From: an uncultured Bifidobacteriaceae bacterium
GTDB taxonomy: Bacteria > Verrucomicrobiota > Verrucomicrobiia > Limisphaerales > UBA11358
Direction of reading: 5' to 3'
NCBI GenBank assembly: GCA_964449815.1
Contig: CAYVGC010000005.1
Coordinates: 1,275-65,274, forward strand
DNA: 64,000 nucleotides
A program made the translations under genes and the position numbers. The notes below the pieces were generated by a model, which saw only the letters and a program-made list of their open reading frames with translations, did no database searches and was not told the DNA's origin. Shown here one piece after another: positions 50,673 through 62,300 of this stretch; the first letter of the stretch is position 1, and each line of letters begins with the position of its first letter.

Positions 50673-52499
50673 CTAGTTCTTCATCTCCTCGATGACTTGT
50701 TTCAATTCCGCCGGCATCGGCGGAATCGGTTCGCGCCGCAGCTTCATCGAGCCGTCGGCCGCCTTGGCCAGCACGGTGTTATATTTCGCCGCCTCCGGAT
50801 CCTTGTTGGGAAAATCATCACGAAAATGGCCGCCCCGGCTTTCCTTGCGGTCCATCGCCGATTTCGTGATCGCCTCGGAAACGGTGAGCAGATGCTTGAG
50901 ATCCAGCGCCGTGTGCCAGCCCGGATTGTATTCGCGGTGGCCTTGGACGCCGACTTTCGCGGCGCGAACCTTGAGCTTGCCGATGCCGTCCAGCGCCTGC
51001 TCCATTTCTTTTTGGAGGCGGACGATGCCGACGAGTTGCTGCATCATGTTCTGCAAGTCGTATTGCACCTGGTAAGGCCCTTCGCCGGCGCCGCCGGCGG
51101 GACGTTCAAACGGTGCCACGGCTTCGCGGTAGGCGGCTTCGACTTCGGCGTCGCTGACGGAAATGCCGGGATTGGCCTGCGCATATTTCGCGGCGTGTTC
51201 GCCGGCGCGCTGGCCGAAGACAATGAGGTCGGAAAGGGAATTGCCGCCAAGGCGGTTGGCACCGTGCAAACCGGCGGCGCACTCACCGGCCGCGAAAAGT
51301 CCGGGGACATTGGTTGCCTGCGTGTCGCCGTTCACGCGGATGCCGCCCATCGCGTAATGCGTGGTCGGGCCGATTTCCATCGGCTCCTTGGTGATGTCGA
51401 GATTGGCCAGTTGCATGAACTGGTGATACATCGAAGGCAGTTTGCGTTTGATGTGTTCGGCCGCGTTCGGAAGTTTTTCCTTGATCCAGGCAATGTCGAG
51501 GAAAACGCCGCCGTGCGGGCTGCCGCGACCGGCCTTGACTTCGCGCATGATGCAGCGCGCCACATGGTCGCGCGTGAGCAACTCCGGCGGCCGCTTGGCG
51601 TCTTTGTCGCCCTGCGTGTAGCGCCAGCCTTCTTCGGGATCGGTCGAGGTCTGCGATTTGTAAAGATCCGGGACGTCGTCGAACATGAAGCGCTTGCCGT
51701 CCTTGTTTTTGAGGACGCCGCCTTCGCCGCGCACGCCTTCGGTCACGAGAATGCCCATGACGCTCGGCGGCCAGATCATGCCGGTCGGATGAAACTGGAT
51801 GAATTCCATGTCCAGCAATTCCGCGCCCGCGTGATACGCCAGCGAAACGCCGTCGCCGGTGCCTTCCCAGGAATTGCTCGTGATTTTGTAGGCGCGGCCC
51901 AGTCCGCCGGTGCAAAGCACAACGGCCTTGGCCTTGAAAATGCGGAAACGTCCGCGCTCGCGGTCGTAGCCAAACGCGCCCACGACGCGCTCGCCGTCCT
52001 TGAGCAGCGAAACGATGGTCTGTTCCATGTGAACCGAAATGCCCTGATGAATGCCGTGATCCTGCAACGTGCGAATCAATTCCAAGCCCGTGCGGTCGCC
52101 GACGTGCGCGAGCCGCGGATAACGATGGCCGCCGAAATTGCGCTGGAGAATCTTGCCGTCTTTCGTCCGATCAAACACCGCGCCCCAGGCTTCCAGTTCG
52201 TGAACGCGCGCCGGCGCCTCCTTCGCGTGCAGCTCGGCCATGCGCCAATTGTTGACGTATTGTCCGCCGCGCATCGTGTCGGCAAAATGGACCTTCCAGT
52301 TGTCGCGGTCGTCCACGTTGCCCATCGCCGCCGCCATGCCGCCTTCGGCCATGACGGTGTGCGCCTTGCCGAGCAGCGATTTGCAGATCAAACCGACTTT
52401 GACGCCGGCGGCCGAGGCTTCAATCGCCGCGCGCAGGCCCGCGCCGCCCGCGCCGATGACCAGCACGTCGTATTCGTGAGTTTCGTAATTGGTAGCCAC
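50673..52499 (-). CDS. sdhA: Succinate dehydrogenase/fumarate reductase flavoprotein subunit
   Basis: YDVLVIGAGGAGLRAAIEA FAD-binding fold, HTVMAEGG (FAD-linked His region) and HPTG. 608 aa. Confidence 0.92.
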   Translation of the reverse strand: MATNYETHEYDVLVIGAGGAGLRAAIEASAAGVKVGLICKSLLGKAHTVMAEGGMAAAMGNVDDRDNWKVHFADTMRGGQYVNNWRMAELHAKEAPARVHELEAWGAVFDRTKDGKILQRNFGGHRYPRLAHVGDRTGLELIRTLQDHGIHQGISVHMEQTIVSLLKDGERVVGAFGYDRERGRFRIFKAKAVVLCTGGLGRAYKITSNSWEGTGDGVSLAYHAGAELLDMEFIQFHPTGMIWPPSVMGILVTEGVRGEGGVLKNKDGKRFMFDDVPDLYKSQTSTDPEEGWRYTQGDKDAKRPPELLTRDHVARCIMREVKAGRGSPHGGVFLDIAWIKEKLPNAAEHIKRKLPSMYHQFMQLANLDITKEPMEIGPTTHYAMGGIRVNGDTQATNVPGLFAAGECAAGLHGANRLGGNSLSDLIVFGQRAGEHAAKYAQANPGISVSDAEVEAAYREAVAPFERPAGGAGEGPYQVQYDLQNMMQQLVGIVRLQKEMEQALDGIGKLKVRAAKVGVQGHREYNPGWHTALDLKHLLTVSEAITKSAMDRKESRGGHFRDDFPNKDPEAAKYNTVLAKAADGSMKLRREPIPPMPAELKQVIEEMKN

Positions 52500-52520
52500 A
52501 ATAAAAATCCGGTTCGGAGG

Positions 52521-53384
52521 TTAGAATTTGAAGAAAACAATATCATGCAGATGCCCCGTCGCGCACAGGCGGATATAAACATCCGTGAAACCGACCCAGA
52601 ACAAACTGATCCACGCCCACATCATGTGGCGTGTGTTCAGGCAACTCACGCAACTGTAAGCCTTCGCGCAGGTCGGCGCCTTGGACTTGGAATCCAGAAA
52701 TCCGCCGGTCAGATGCCGCAGCGAGTGGCAGCCGAAAGTATACATCGCCAGCAGAACCGCGTTCAACGTCAGCACGATGGTTCCGACGCCGACGCCGAAA
52801 TGTTTTCCGCCGGTCAGATCGGTGAACCACATTCCTTTCCAAGCGTCATGCGAGAGCAGGACGATGAACAGCGCCGCCAGATAAAAAAAGTAGCGGTGGA
52901 CGTTCTGGAGGATGAGCGGAAAGGAACGCTCGCCGAGAAAAGATTTGCGCGGCTCGCCGACGGCGCAGTTGACCGGGTCGGCCCAGAAAGCCTTGTAGTA
53001 AGCACCGCGATAATAATAGCAGGTGAACCGGAAGCCGGCCGGAATCCACAAAATCAGAAACGCGGGCGAGAACGGCGCCCAGCCCGGCCACCATGAAGGC
53101 AGCGCGGCGCCGAAAATCGCGTGGCCGGACGTGCCCCAGATTTCCGGCGAGTAAAACGGCGAAAGATAATCCGCGCCGCCGCCGCCATACCAGTAGCTGC
53201 AAACATTGTGGCCGGTCCGGACGGTTTCGCGAAGGTCGCCGACGCCCTGGAACGCCGCCCAGGTTGAATAAATGATGAAGGCGGAGAAACCGAGAAAGAC
53301 GACCAGCGGCTGGAGCCACCAGACATCCGGCCGGATTGTTTCACCGAAGGCGCGTTGCTTCGGCAGGGTATCAGCGTAAGCCAT
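52521..53384 (-). CDS. sdhC: Succinate dehydrogenase/fumarate reductase cytochrome b membrane subunit
   Basis: Polytopic hydrophobic protein with conserved His residues, directly upstream of sdhA in the same operon. Start moved to ATG 53384 (MAYADTLPKQ). Confidence 0.6.
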   Translation of the reverse strand: MAYADTLPKQRAFGETIRPDVWWLQPLVVFLGFSAFIIYSTWAAFQGVGDLRETVRTGHNVCSYWYGGGGADYLSPFYSPEIWGTSGHAIFGAALPSWWPGWAPFSPAFLILWIPAGFRFTCYYYRGAYYKAFWADPVNCAVGEPRKSFLGERSFPLILQNVHRYFFYLAALFIVLLSHDAWKGMWFTDLTGGKHFGVGVGTIVLTLNAVLLAMYTFGCHSLRHLTGGFLDSKSKAPTCAKAYSCVSCLNTRHMMWAWISLFWVGFTDVYIRLCATGHLHDIVFFKF

Positions 53385-53481
53385 AATGAGATTAACTCTA
53401 GTTACTATCCCGCCCGGCGTCAATGCGCGCCAACGCGCCGCGAAAAGTATAAGCGCCACTTCGACTTATCTTTCCGTGGGC

Positions 53482-54780
53482 TTATTGCAACATTTTAGGC
53501 GCAATCCACTCGTTCAACCCGCGCTCGCCGGAACCGGCCGGGGAAAAGCCCAGCCGTTCCAGCGCCTCGCCGACCAGATACAGCGAGCCGGTGATGACGA
53601 CAAACGGCCCGTCTTTGCTGGCGTTTAGGGCATCCGTCAGATTTTCACAAGCCGCGACCGCCGCCGCCCGGTTCGCGGAACGAAAGATCTTTGCCAGCTC
53701 GTGCGCGTCCGCCGTGCGTTCGCTGGCGACCGGCACCGTCAGGATTTTCCCCGCCAGCGGCGCTAAAATCCGGCAGATGCCCGGCCAGTTTTTGTCCGCC
53801 AAAGCGCCAAAAATAAGAACCGCCCCGGCGGCGGCAAAATGTTTTTCCCAAGCCGCGCGCAGGGTTTCCGCGCCGGCGACGTTGTGCGCGCCGTCGAGCA
53901 AAATTTCCCCGCCGCCGGGTTTGGAAATCAATTGCAGCCGGCCCGGCCAGTTCACCGCGGCCAGTCCGGCCCGAATTTCGTCCTCGGCGACGGGAATTTG
54001 CGCCTGCAGAATTTCCACCGCTGCCAGCGCCAGCGCGGCGTTCAGTTTCTGGTGGTCGCCCAAGAGCGATGCGTGAGGCGTGATGCGCGATGCCTGACGC
54101 GGTTGGACCCGCGTCAGCGGCGCGCCTTTTTCGCGCCCCACCCGCTCAATCACCCGCAATGCCTCCGGCGCTTCCGTTGCCGTCACCACCGGAATTCCCG
54201 GCTTGATGATGCCGGCTTTTTCGGCGGCGATTTTTCCCAGCGTGTCGCCCAGCCACTGCTGGTGATCGAAGGCGATGTTGGTGATCACGCTCGCCAGCGG
54301 CGTGACGATGTTCGTCGCATCCAGCCGGCCGCCCAGACCGGTTTCCCAGATCACCAGATCGCATTTTTGTTCCGCGAAATATATCAGCGCCATGACCGTG
54401 ACGACTTCAAAAAAGGTCGGATGATGATCGCGGGGAAACTGTCTGAGCAGCGGCTGGATTTCCGCGACGAGCCGGACGACTTCGGGTTCGGCAACCAACT
54501 GCCGGTTGATTTGAATCCGTTCGCGAAACGAGACGAGGTGCGGCGAGGTGAACAAGCCGACGCGCAGGCCGGCCGCGCGATAAACGCCTTCGAGCATCGC
54601 ACAGGTCGAGCCTTTGCCGTTCGTGCCGGCGACGTGAATAAAGCGGAGTTTTGCCTGCGGACTGCCCGCGAGCGCGGCGAGCCTGAACGTGTTTTCCAGC
54701 CCGAATTTTGCGCCGAACAAGCGGAGCGAATAAAGAAATCCGACGGCGGCGGAATAAGTCGGCCATGCTTCTTGCTTCAT
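53482..54780 (-). CDS. folC: Bifunctional folylpolyglutamate synthase / dihydrofolate synthase
   Basis: HVAGTNGKGST P-loop of the Mur ligase family, with FolC-like length and sequence. Start moved to ATG 54780 to avoid overlap with pyrG. Confidence 0.85.
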   Translation of the reverse strand: MKQEAWPTYSAAVGFLYSLRLFGAKFGLENTFRLAALAGSPQAKLRFIHVAGTNGKGSTCAMLEGVYRAAGLRVGLFTSPHLVSFRERIQINRQLVAEPEVVRLVAEIQPLLRQFPRDHHPTFFEVVTVMALIYFAEQKCDLVIWETGLGGRLDATNIVTPLASVITNIAFDHQQWLGDTLGKIAAEKAGIIKPGIPVVTATEAPEALRVIERVGREKGAPLTRVQPRQASRITPHASLLGDHQKLNAALALAAVEILQAQIPVAEDEIRAGLAAVNWPGRLQLISKPGGGEILLDGAHNVAGAETLRAAWEKHFAAAGAVLIFGALADKNWPGICRILAPLAGKILTVPVASERTADAHELAKIFRSANRAAAVAACENLTDALNASKDGPFVVITGSLYLVGEALERLGFSPAGSGERGLNEWIAPKMLQ

Positions 54781-54799
54781 TCTGCCTTCGTCCTTTCCG

Positions 54800-56413
54800 C
54801 TAGAGCGGCTTCTGGTGCATGCGCTGATACACGGCGGCAATGAAGCCCTTGAACAACGGGTGCGGCTGGTGCGGCTTGCTCAAAAATTCCGGATGAAACT
54901 GGCTGGCGATGAAAAATGGATGATCCTTCAACTCGATGACTTCCACGAGCTTGCCGTCCGGCGACAGGCCGCTGAAAACAAAGCCCGCCTTCTCGAATTT
55001 TTCACGGTAGGCATTGTTGAATTCATAGCGGTGGCGGTGGCGCTCATGGATGACAAACGAGCCGTAAAGCTGGCCCGCCTTGGAGCCGACGGTCAACTGG
55101 CAGGGCTGCGCGCCCAGCCGCATGGTGCCGCCTTTTTTGGTGACGCGTTTTTGATCATCCAGCATCGCAATGACCGGATGCGGCGTGGCGACGTCAAACT
55201 CGGTGGAGTGCGCCTTCGCCAGCTTCAAGACATTCCGCGCAAATTCAATCGTCGCGATCTGCATGCCGAGGCACAGGCCGAGATACGGGATGCCTTTTTC
55301 GCGGGCATATTGCGCGGCCAGAATCTTCCCGTTCACGCCGCGTTCGCCGAAACCGCCCGGCACCAGGATGCCGCCGATCCCTTTCAACATTTTTTCCGCG
55401 CCGTTTTTCTCGATGTCCTCGGCGTCCACCTGCACGATTTCGACGCCGCAATCGTTCGCCACGCCGCCGTGGATGGTCGCCTCGTAAACCGATTTATAGG
55501 CGTCCTGCAGGCCGATGTATTTGCCGACCACGCCGATGCGCACGCGATGCTGCGGCGCGATGAGTTTGCGGATGATCTCCTGCCAGTGCACCATGTTCGG
55601 CGCGGGCGTGGTCAGTTGCAACAAACGGCAGACCAGCTCGTCCATGCGCTCGCGCTGGAGCATCAGCGGCACTTCGTAAATGGAATGGTCCACGTCCTTT
55701 TCCTCGATGACCGCCTCGAGCGGGACATTGCAGAACATGGAAATTTTCTGCCGCAAATCCTTGTCCAGCGGCCGCTCGCAACGGCACACCAAAACGTGCG
55801 GCGCGATGCCGATTTCGCGCAGCTTGGCGACGGACTGCTGCGTGGGCTTGGTCTTCAATTCGCCCGCCGCCTTGATGAACGGCACATAGGTGACGTGCAT
55901 GAAAATGGCGTTGTTGTAGCCGACCTCCAGCGCGAATTCGCGGATGGCTTCGAGAAACGGCAGGCCTTCGATGTCGCCGGTCGTGCCGCCAATTTCGGTG
56001 ATGATGACGTCGGCCTTGGATTTTTCAGCAAGCAGGTGGATGCGGTTTTTGATTTCGTCCGTGACATGCGGAATGACCTGGACCGTTTTGCCGAGATATT
56101 TGCCCTCGCGCTCGTTGTTGAGGACGGTCTGATAAACCTGGCCGCTGGTCAGGTTGTTCATGCGCGTGAGCTTGACGTTCGTGAACCGCTCGTAATGGCC
56201 GAGGTCCAGGTCGGTTTCCGCGCCGTCGTCGAGCACATAAACCTCGCCGTGCTGATACGGCGACATGGTGCCGGGATCAACATTGAGATACGGGTCGAAC
56301 TTTTGCAGCGCGACCTTGAGACCACGATTTTCGAGCAGCGTGCCAAGCGCGGCGGCGGTCAGACCTTTGCCGAGCGAACTCACCACACCGCCGGTTACGA
56401 ATATAAATTTCAT
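54800..56413 (-). CDS. pyrG: CTP synthase
   Basis: [18 protein letters not shown]-terminus and the GATase domain GLCLGMQ. 537 aa. Confidence 0.95.
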   Translation of the reverse strand: MKFIFVTGGVVSSLGKGLTAAALGTLLENRGLKVALQKFDPYLNVDPGTMSPYQHGEVYVLDDGAETDLDLGHYERFTNVKLTRMNNLTSGQVYQTVLNNEREGKYLGKTVQVIPHVTDEIKNRIHLLAEKSKADVIITEIGGTTGDIEGLPFLEAIREFALEVGYNNAIFMHVTYVPFIKAAGELKTKPTQQSVAKLREIGIAPHVLVCRCERPLDKDLRQKISMFCNVPLEAVIEEKDVDHSIYEVPLMLQRERMDELVCRLLQLTTPAPNMVHWQEIIRKLIAPQHRVRIGVVGKYIGLQDAYKSVYEATIHGGVANDCGVEIVQVDAEDIEKNGAEKMLKGIGGILVPGGFGERGVNGKILAAQYAREKGIPYLGLCLGMQIATIEFARNVLKLAKAHSTEFDVATPHPVIAMLDDQKRVTKKGGTMRLGAQPCQLTVGSKAGQLYGSFVIHERHRHRYEFNNAYREKFEKAGFVFSGLSPDGKLVEVIELKDHPFFIASQFHPEFLSKPHQPHPLFKGFIAAVYQRMHQKPL

Positions 56414-56425
56414 TTCAAATTATTT

Positions 56426-56503
56426 TTTAGCCACAGATTCACACAGATGAAACACAAATCAAAAAATCAAATATGTTCGTCTTTCTGAAAATCTGTGGCT
56501 AAA
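56426..56503. repeat. 14-bp inverted repeat in the kdsB-pyrG spacer built from the dispersed ATCTGTGG motif
   Basis: TTTAGCCACAGATT (56426-56439) is the exact complement of AATCTGTGGCTAAA (56490-56503). Related copies (ATCTGTGTTTATCTGTGTGCATCTGTGGC at 22577-22605 and CTGTGTTCATCTGTGGC at 49035-49051) lie outside each end of the island. Confidence 0.75.
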
Positions 56504-57248
56504 GTTTTCTAAAAATTGCTTCCGCCCGCTTCATGTCTTCCGGCGTGTCCACGCCGACGCTGTCGTAATCCACTTTCACGACGACGATGCCGATGCCGTT
56601 TTCCAGCGCACGGAGCTGCTCCAGCTTCTCCGCATTTTCCAGCGGCGACACCGGGAATTTCACCAGCCGCAGCAGCGTCCCGCGCCGGTAGCCGTAAATG
56701 CCCAGATGCTTCAAAAAAGGAAACGCCGCCAACTGCTCCGGCACCGGACGGCTGGCGGCCTCGCGCAGATACGGAATCGTGCGCCGGGAAAAATATAACG
56801 CGCGACCGGCGGCATTGACAACGACTTTCACAACATTCGGGTTGTCCAGCTCGGAAGGATTTTTGATCGGCGTGGCGGCGGTGGACATTTCGTTTCGGGC
56901 CAGCGCATCCGCCACCGCGTCAATCACCGCCGGGTCAATCAACGGCTCATCACCCTGAATGTTCACGACCGCGTCGCCGCCGCAGCGCTCCGCAACTTCC
57001 GCGATGCGGTCCGAACCGCTCGGATGATCCGGGCGCGTCATCTCCACGCGGCAGAAATTCTGCGCCACCTCCCAGATGCGCGTGTCGTCCGTGGCCACGA
57101 TGATTTCGGAGAGCAATTTTGATTTCTGGCATTGCTCGACGACGTGCTGGAGGAGCGGCTTGCCGGCGATGAGCGCCAGCGGCTTGCCTGGGAACCGCGT
57201 CGAGGCAAAGCGCGCGGGAATGATGCCGAGAATTTTCACGCGGCCCAT
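56499..57248 (-). CDS. kdsB: 3-deoxy-manno-octulosonate cytidylyltransferase (CMP-KDO synthetase)
   Basis: IIPARFASTRFPGKPL N-terminus and NIQGDEPLI motif. Confidence 0.9.
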   Translation of the reverse strand: MGRVKILGIIPARFASTRFPGKPLALIAGKPLLQHVVEQCQKSKLLSEIIVATDDTRIWEVAQNFCRVEMTRPDHPSGSDRIAEVAERCGGDAVVNIQGDEPLIDPAVIDAVADALARNEMSTAATPIKNPSELDNPNVVKVVVNAAGRALYFSRRTIPYLREAASRPVPEQLAAFPFLKHLGIYGYRRGTLLRLVKFPVSPLENAEKLEQLRALENGIGIVVVKVDYDSVGVDTPEDMKRAEAIFRKL

Positions 57249-57524
57249 TTAGCCACAGCTTGCCGCGCTGAAGCAAGCAGCGAAGGCGGGATGAAACGCG
57301 GTTGAACGACAGGCCCTTGATTCAGCTGAAAAAACGGCGGAAAACAAATCAGACTGTTCATCCGCCCCAAAAGCGGCAATTTTGACGAGCAATAAACACA
57401 CTGGTTTTACCAAATTACGTCCAGAAAAGTCATCGCCGCCCTGCTATTTCTTGTTAAGGTTCGGGCAATTTTTAGATGGCAGCATCCCGCCGGACCGGAC
57501 GATTCACTTGAAATTTTTGAGCTT

Positions 57525-59189
57525 ATGACGACGCTGAAGAAATCGAAAACCAACCGCGCGCTCCCGGTCAAGGGCGTGGACTGGCTGCACAACCCCGTTT
57601 TCAACAAAGGCACGGCCTTCACCGAGGCGGAGCGCGACATGTTCGGCCTGCGCGGCCTGCTGCCGCCACACGTCCAAACGATGGAACAACAGGCGCGGCG
57701 CGTGATGGACAATTTCCGCAGCAAGTCGAGCGACCTGGAACGCTACATCCAAATCGTCGCGCTACAGGACCGGAATGAAACGTTGTTTTACCGCGTGGTG
57801 ATGGACAATTTGGAGGAGCTGATGCCGATCATTTACACGCCGACCGTGGGCAAGGCGTGCCAGGAGTTCGGCCATATTTTCCGCCGGTCGCGCGGTTTTT
57901 ACATTTCCAGCAACGATCACGGACAGATTGAAAAAATCCTGCCCAACTGGCCGACGCGCGACGTGAAGGTCATCGTCGTCACCGACGGCGAACGCATTCT
58001 CGGCCTCGGCGATCTGGGCGCTTCGGGCATGGGCATTCCCATCGGCAAGCTTTCGCTCTACACCGCCTGCGCCGGCATTCATCCCACGCAATGCCTGCCG
58101 GTGATGATTGACGTCGGCACCGACAATGAGACGCTGCTGGCTGATCCGCTTTACACCGGCCTCCGGCAAAAGCGGATTCGCGGTGAAGCCTACGACGCGC
58201 TCATTGAGGAATTCATGGTCGCCGTCCAAAAAAATTTCCCCGGCGTGCTCGTGCAGTTTGAAGACTTCGGCAACAGCAACGCCTTCCGCCTGCTCGACCG
58301 CTACCGGGACCGCGCCTGCACGTTCAACGACGACATCCAGGGCACCGGGGCCGTGGCGCTCGCGGGCGTTTTGTCCGCGCTGCGCATCACCGGCGGAAAA
58401 TTGCGCGACCAGCGCGTGCTGTTTCTCGGCGCGGGCGAGGCCGGCCTGGGCATTGCTGAAAACCTGGTCAATGTGCTGGCCGAAGAAGGCATCCCGCTGG
58501 CCGAGGCGCGCAAGCGCGTTTGGTTCGTGGACTCCAAAGGCCTCGTTGTCAAAAGCCGCGGCCAGCTCACCGAACACAAATCGCACTATGCCCACGATCA
58601 TGCGCCGTGCGCCGACCTGCTTTCCGCCGTCAAAGCCATCAGGCCCACCATGCTCATCGGCGCGTCCGGCCAGGCCAAAACTTTCACGCACGAGATTGTC
58701 ACGACCATGGCGGGCTTGAACGAACGGCCGGTGATTTTTGCGCTGTCCAATCCGACCTCGAAAGCCGAATGCACCGCCGACGAAGCCTACACCTGGACTG
58801 ATGGCCGCGCGGTGTTCGCCTGCGGCAGCCCGTTTAATCCGGTCACGGTGGACGGCCGCGTCCATGTTCCCGGCCAGGGCAACAACGCCTACATTTTTCC
58901 GGGCATCGGGCTGGGCATCGTCTGCACCGGCGCGCGGCGCGTGACCGAATCCATGTTCATCGTGGCGGCGCGCACGCTGGCCGGGCTGATCCGCGAAAGC
59001 GAACTTGCCGAGGGCCGCGTCTATCCTTCGCTCCAGCGCATCCATGAAGTTTCCCACGCCATTGCCGTCGCGGTCGCCGAGGAAGTGTTCGCCAAAAAAT
59101 TGAACACCCATTCGTATCCTGAAGACCTGCCGGGCTACATCCGTTCGCAGATGTTCAAACCGGAGTATCCCGACTACGCCCAGAAGTAA
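57525..59189 (+). CDS. maeA: NAD(P)-dependent malic enzyme (large, SfcA/MaeA type)
   Basis: PIIYTPTVG, FNDDIQGTGAV and LFLGAGEAGLGIA (Rossmann fold). 554 aa. Confidence 0.9.
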   Translation: MTTLKKSKTNRALPVKGVDWLHNPVFNKGTAFTEAERDMFGLRGLLPPHVQTMEQQARRVMDNFRSKSSDLERYIQIVALQDRNETLFYRVVMDNLEELMPIIYTPTVGKACQEFGHIFRRSRGFYISSNDHGQIEKILPNWPTRDVKVIVVTDGERILGLGDLGASGMGIPIGKLSLYTACAGIHPTQCLPVMIDVGTDNETLLADPLYTGLRQKRIRGEAYDALIEEFMVAVQKNFPGVLVQFEDFGNSNAFRLLDRYRDRACTFNDDIQGTGAVALAGVLSALRITGGKLRDQRVLFLGAGEAGLGIAENLVNVLAEEGIPLAEARKRVWFVDSKGLVVKSRGQLTEHKSHYAHDHAPCADLLSAVKAIRPTMLIGASGQAKTFTHEIVTTMAGLNERPVIFALSNPTSKAECTADEAYTWTDGRAVFACGSPFNPVTVDGRVHVPGQGNNAYIFPGIGLGIVCTGARRVTESMFIVAARTLAGLIRESELAEGRVYPSLQRIHEVSHAIAVAVAEEVFAKKLNTHSYPEDLPGYIRSQMFKPEYPDYAQK

Positions 59190-59376
59190 ATCGTCGGACC
59201 GGGTTTCGCCCAAGGTCGTTTTGAGCCGCCAGGCTTCCGGCAAACACGGCTGGTCGGCGGCTGTCCCTTTTCGGCGATGTGGTTGAACGAGTCCGCCGGT
59301 TTCCTTCGCCGTGCAGCCGGCGCGATTTTCAATTCTGACAAATTTAACTCCAGGCCAAATCCGCTGACACGGCACC

Positions 59377-62300
59377 TCAGATGGCGAGAAGCAGGCGCTT
59401 GATTTCCTTAAGCCGGGCCCTGGCCTCCTTTTTCGTCAGGCGCGGAAATTTGCCGCCGAGCTGGATGAAGTCGCCGTGGCACGTGAGCTTCAATTTGTCT
59501 TCCTCGACTTCGATGCTCGTCACGGCCTTTTCGCTGGCGAGAATTTTCAGTTCGCCGACGGCCAGCAGCAGTTCCACCGGCGGCGGCAGCGGGCCGAACC
59601 GGTCGCGCAGTTCCTTCTGCAAGGCGTCGAGCGCGGGCTTGTCCGTGGCCTGCGCGAACTTGCGGTAAATCCCAATACGATGATGCGGCTCGGTGACGTA
59701 ATTGTGCGGGAGTGATGCGCAGTGCGTGATGCGTGATGCGCCGTTCACGGAATTCGCATCGCGCGTCGCCCCCAGCTCCAGGAAATCCAGCGCGATGCGG
59801 ACTTCGACGCGCGGTTTTACTTTTTCGCCTTTCAACGCGCCGACGCTTTGCTTGAGCAACTGGCAGTAGAGTTCAAACCCCACGGCGGTGATGTGGCCGC
59901 TCTGCTCCGCGCCGAGCAGGTTGCCGGCACCGCGAATTTCGAGGTCGCGCATGGCGATCTTGAACCCGCTGCCGAGCGTGGCGTATTGCTTCATGGCGCT
60001 GATGCGTTTGCGCACGTCGGTGAGCAGGCGCGCATGGCGCGGCAGCAGCAGATACGCGTAGGCCTGATGCTTGTAGCGCCCGACGCGCCCGCGCAACTGG
60101 TAAAGCTCGCTCAGGCCGAAGCGGTCGGCGCGGTCAATGATGATCGTGTTCGCGTTCGGGATGTCGAGGCCGCTCTCGATGATCGTCGTGGACAGCAGCA
60201 CGTCCGCCTCGCCGTTGACGAATTTTGTCATCACCTCTTCGAGTTCATCCGAGTCCATCTGGCCGTGGCCGACGACGATGCGCGCGTCGGGCACGAGCGA
60301 TTGCAGTTTCGCGCGCATCATTTCAATCGTCGTCACGCGGTTGTGCAGAAAGAAAACCTGTCCGCCGCGATGCAGCTCGCGTTGAATCGCATCGCGAATC
60401 ACGCGTTCATCATAATGCGTGGCGACGGTCTCGACCGGCAGGCGGTCGTGCGGCGGCGTCTGGATGGTGCTCATGTCGCGCGCGCCGGTGAGCGCGAGGT
60501 AAAGCGTGCGCGGAATCGGCGTGGCGCTCAGCGTCAGCACGTCCACCATTGTGCGCAGCCGCTTGAACTTTTCCTTGTGCAGCACGCCGAAGCGCTGCTC
60601 CTCGTCAATCACGACGAGACCGAGGTCTTTGAACGCGATGTCGTCCTGCACGATGCGGTGCGTGCCGATGACGATGTCCACCGCGCCGTTGGCCAAATCT
60701 TTTACAACGCGCGTCTGCTCGCGCTGGGTGCGGAAGCGCGAGAGCAGTTCGACGCGGATCGGATAGTCCGACATGCGCTCGCGGAAATTGTTGAAATGCT
60801 GCTGCGCAAGCACCGTCGTCGGCACGAGAATGGCGACCTGCTTGCCGTCCATCACGCATTTGAACGCCGCGCGGATGGCCACTTCCGTTTTGCCGAAACC
60901 CACGTCGCCGCAAATCAAACGGTCCATCGGCTTGGCGCGCTCCTGATCGGCCTTCGTCTCGGTGATGGCGGTGAGCTGGTCACGCGTTTCCTCGTAGATG
61001 AAGGCGCTTTCAAATTCGCGCTGCCATTGCGTGTCCGGCTTGCAGGCATGACCGGGCTGGGTTTCGCGCACGGCCTGGATGCGGAGCAGTTCGGCGGCGA
61101 CATCGCGCACGGCCTTCTCGGTCTGCTCCTTCGCCTTGTGCCAGCGCAGGCCGCCGAGCATGTTGAGCGGCGGATGGGCCTTGCCCGCGCCGACGTATTT
61201 GCTGACGAGATACGACTCGCTGACGGGCACGTAAAGCTTCGGCGGCTCGTTCGCCGGATCGGCCGCAGCGTATTCGATGACCAGGCATTCGGTGGACGGT
61301 TGGGAACTGGGCGCCGAGTGGTCAACGCCGCGCGTGCCGCTGCCAGCGGGAAGGTTTTTCAATCCGAGATAACGTCCGATGCCATGCTGGAGATGCACGA
61401 CCAGATCGCCCTCCTCCAGATCCGTGAAATCAATGTCGAGCGCGGAGCGGGCCGCGAGCGCGTGCGGTGACTTGAGCCGGCGCGGACGCTGGATCTTGTA
61501 GCGCCCGAAAATCTCGGCGTCGGTGACGATGACGAATTTCGCCTCGTCACAAATGAAGCCGCGCGCGAGCGAACCGGTTCGAATGAACAGTTTTTCTTCC
61601 GCCGCAAACCCATTCTCATTCCATATTTCCTTGAAGCGCTCGCGCTCGCCGGCGTTGTTGCAGAAGACGTGGACGGCGTAATCCTGCCGCAGCCAGCGGT
61701 GGAGCTGCTGGAAAAATTCACGCCGCTGCGCCTCGGCGACCTGCGGTTCGGGCGCGCGTTCGGCGAGCGGGCGGAAAGCGTCAAGCGAGGCAAACAGCGG
61801 AATGCCTGGAACCGGCGCGACCAACGCAAGGCCAGGCTTCGGCCTGTCCGGGGAACCCGCCAAAACTTGAACTTCAAATTCGGCAGCGCTTATTTCGAGG
61901 CGCGTCATGCCGCGACGATCAAGTTTGGCAAGGAAATCATTCCAGGCGATGAAGAACCAGTCGTCCGCCGGAATTTGCGCGGCGTATTCAACCGCGCGCA
62001 AGGCGAGCGGCTCCGGTTCGCACAGCAAAAAAATGGTTTCACTCGGCAGATAGTCGAGCAGCGTGGCGAGACAAAAATCTTTGGACTTTGGACTCTGGGC
62101 TTTGGACTTGAGGATTCCCAGCTCGCCGGCGGGCGGCAGCGTGGTGCTGGAAATTTCTTCGCGCGAGATTTGCGAGAGCGGGTCGAAGCAGCGGAGCGAT
62201 TCCAGTTCGTCGCCGAAAAACTCCAGCCGCACGGGCCACGGGCTGGTCGGCGGAAAAACGTCCACGATGCCGCCGCGCAGGGCGAGTTCGCCTTTCTGTG

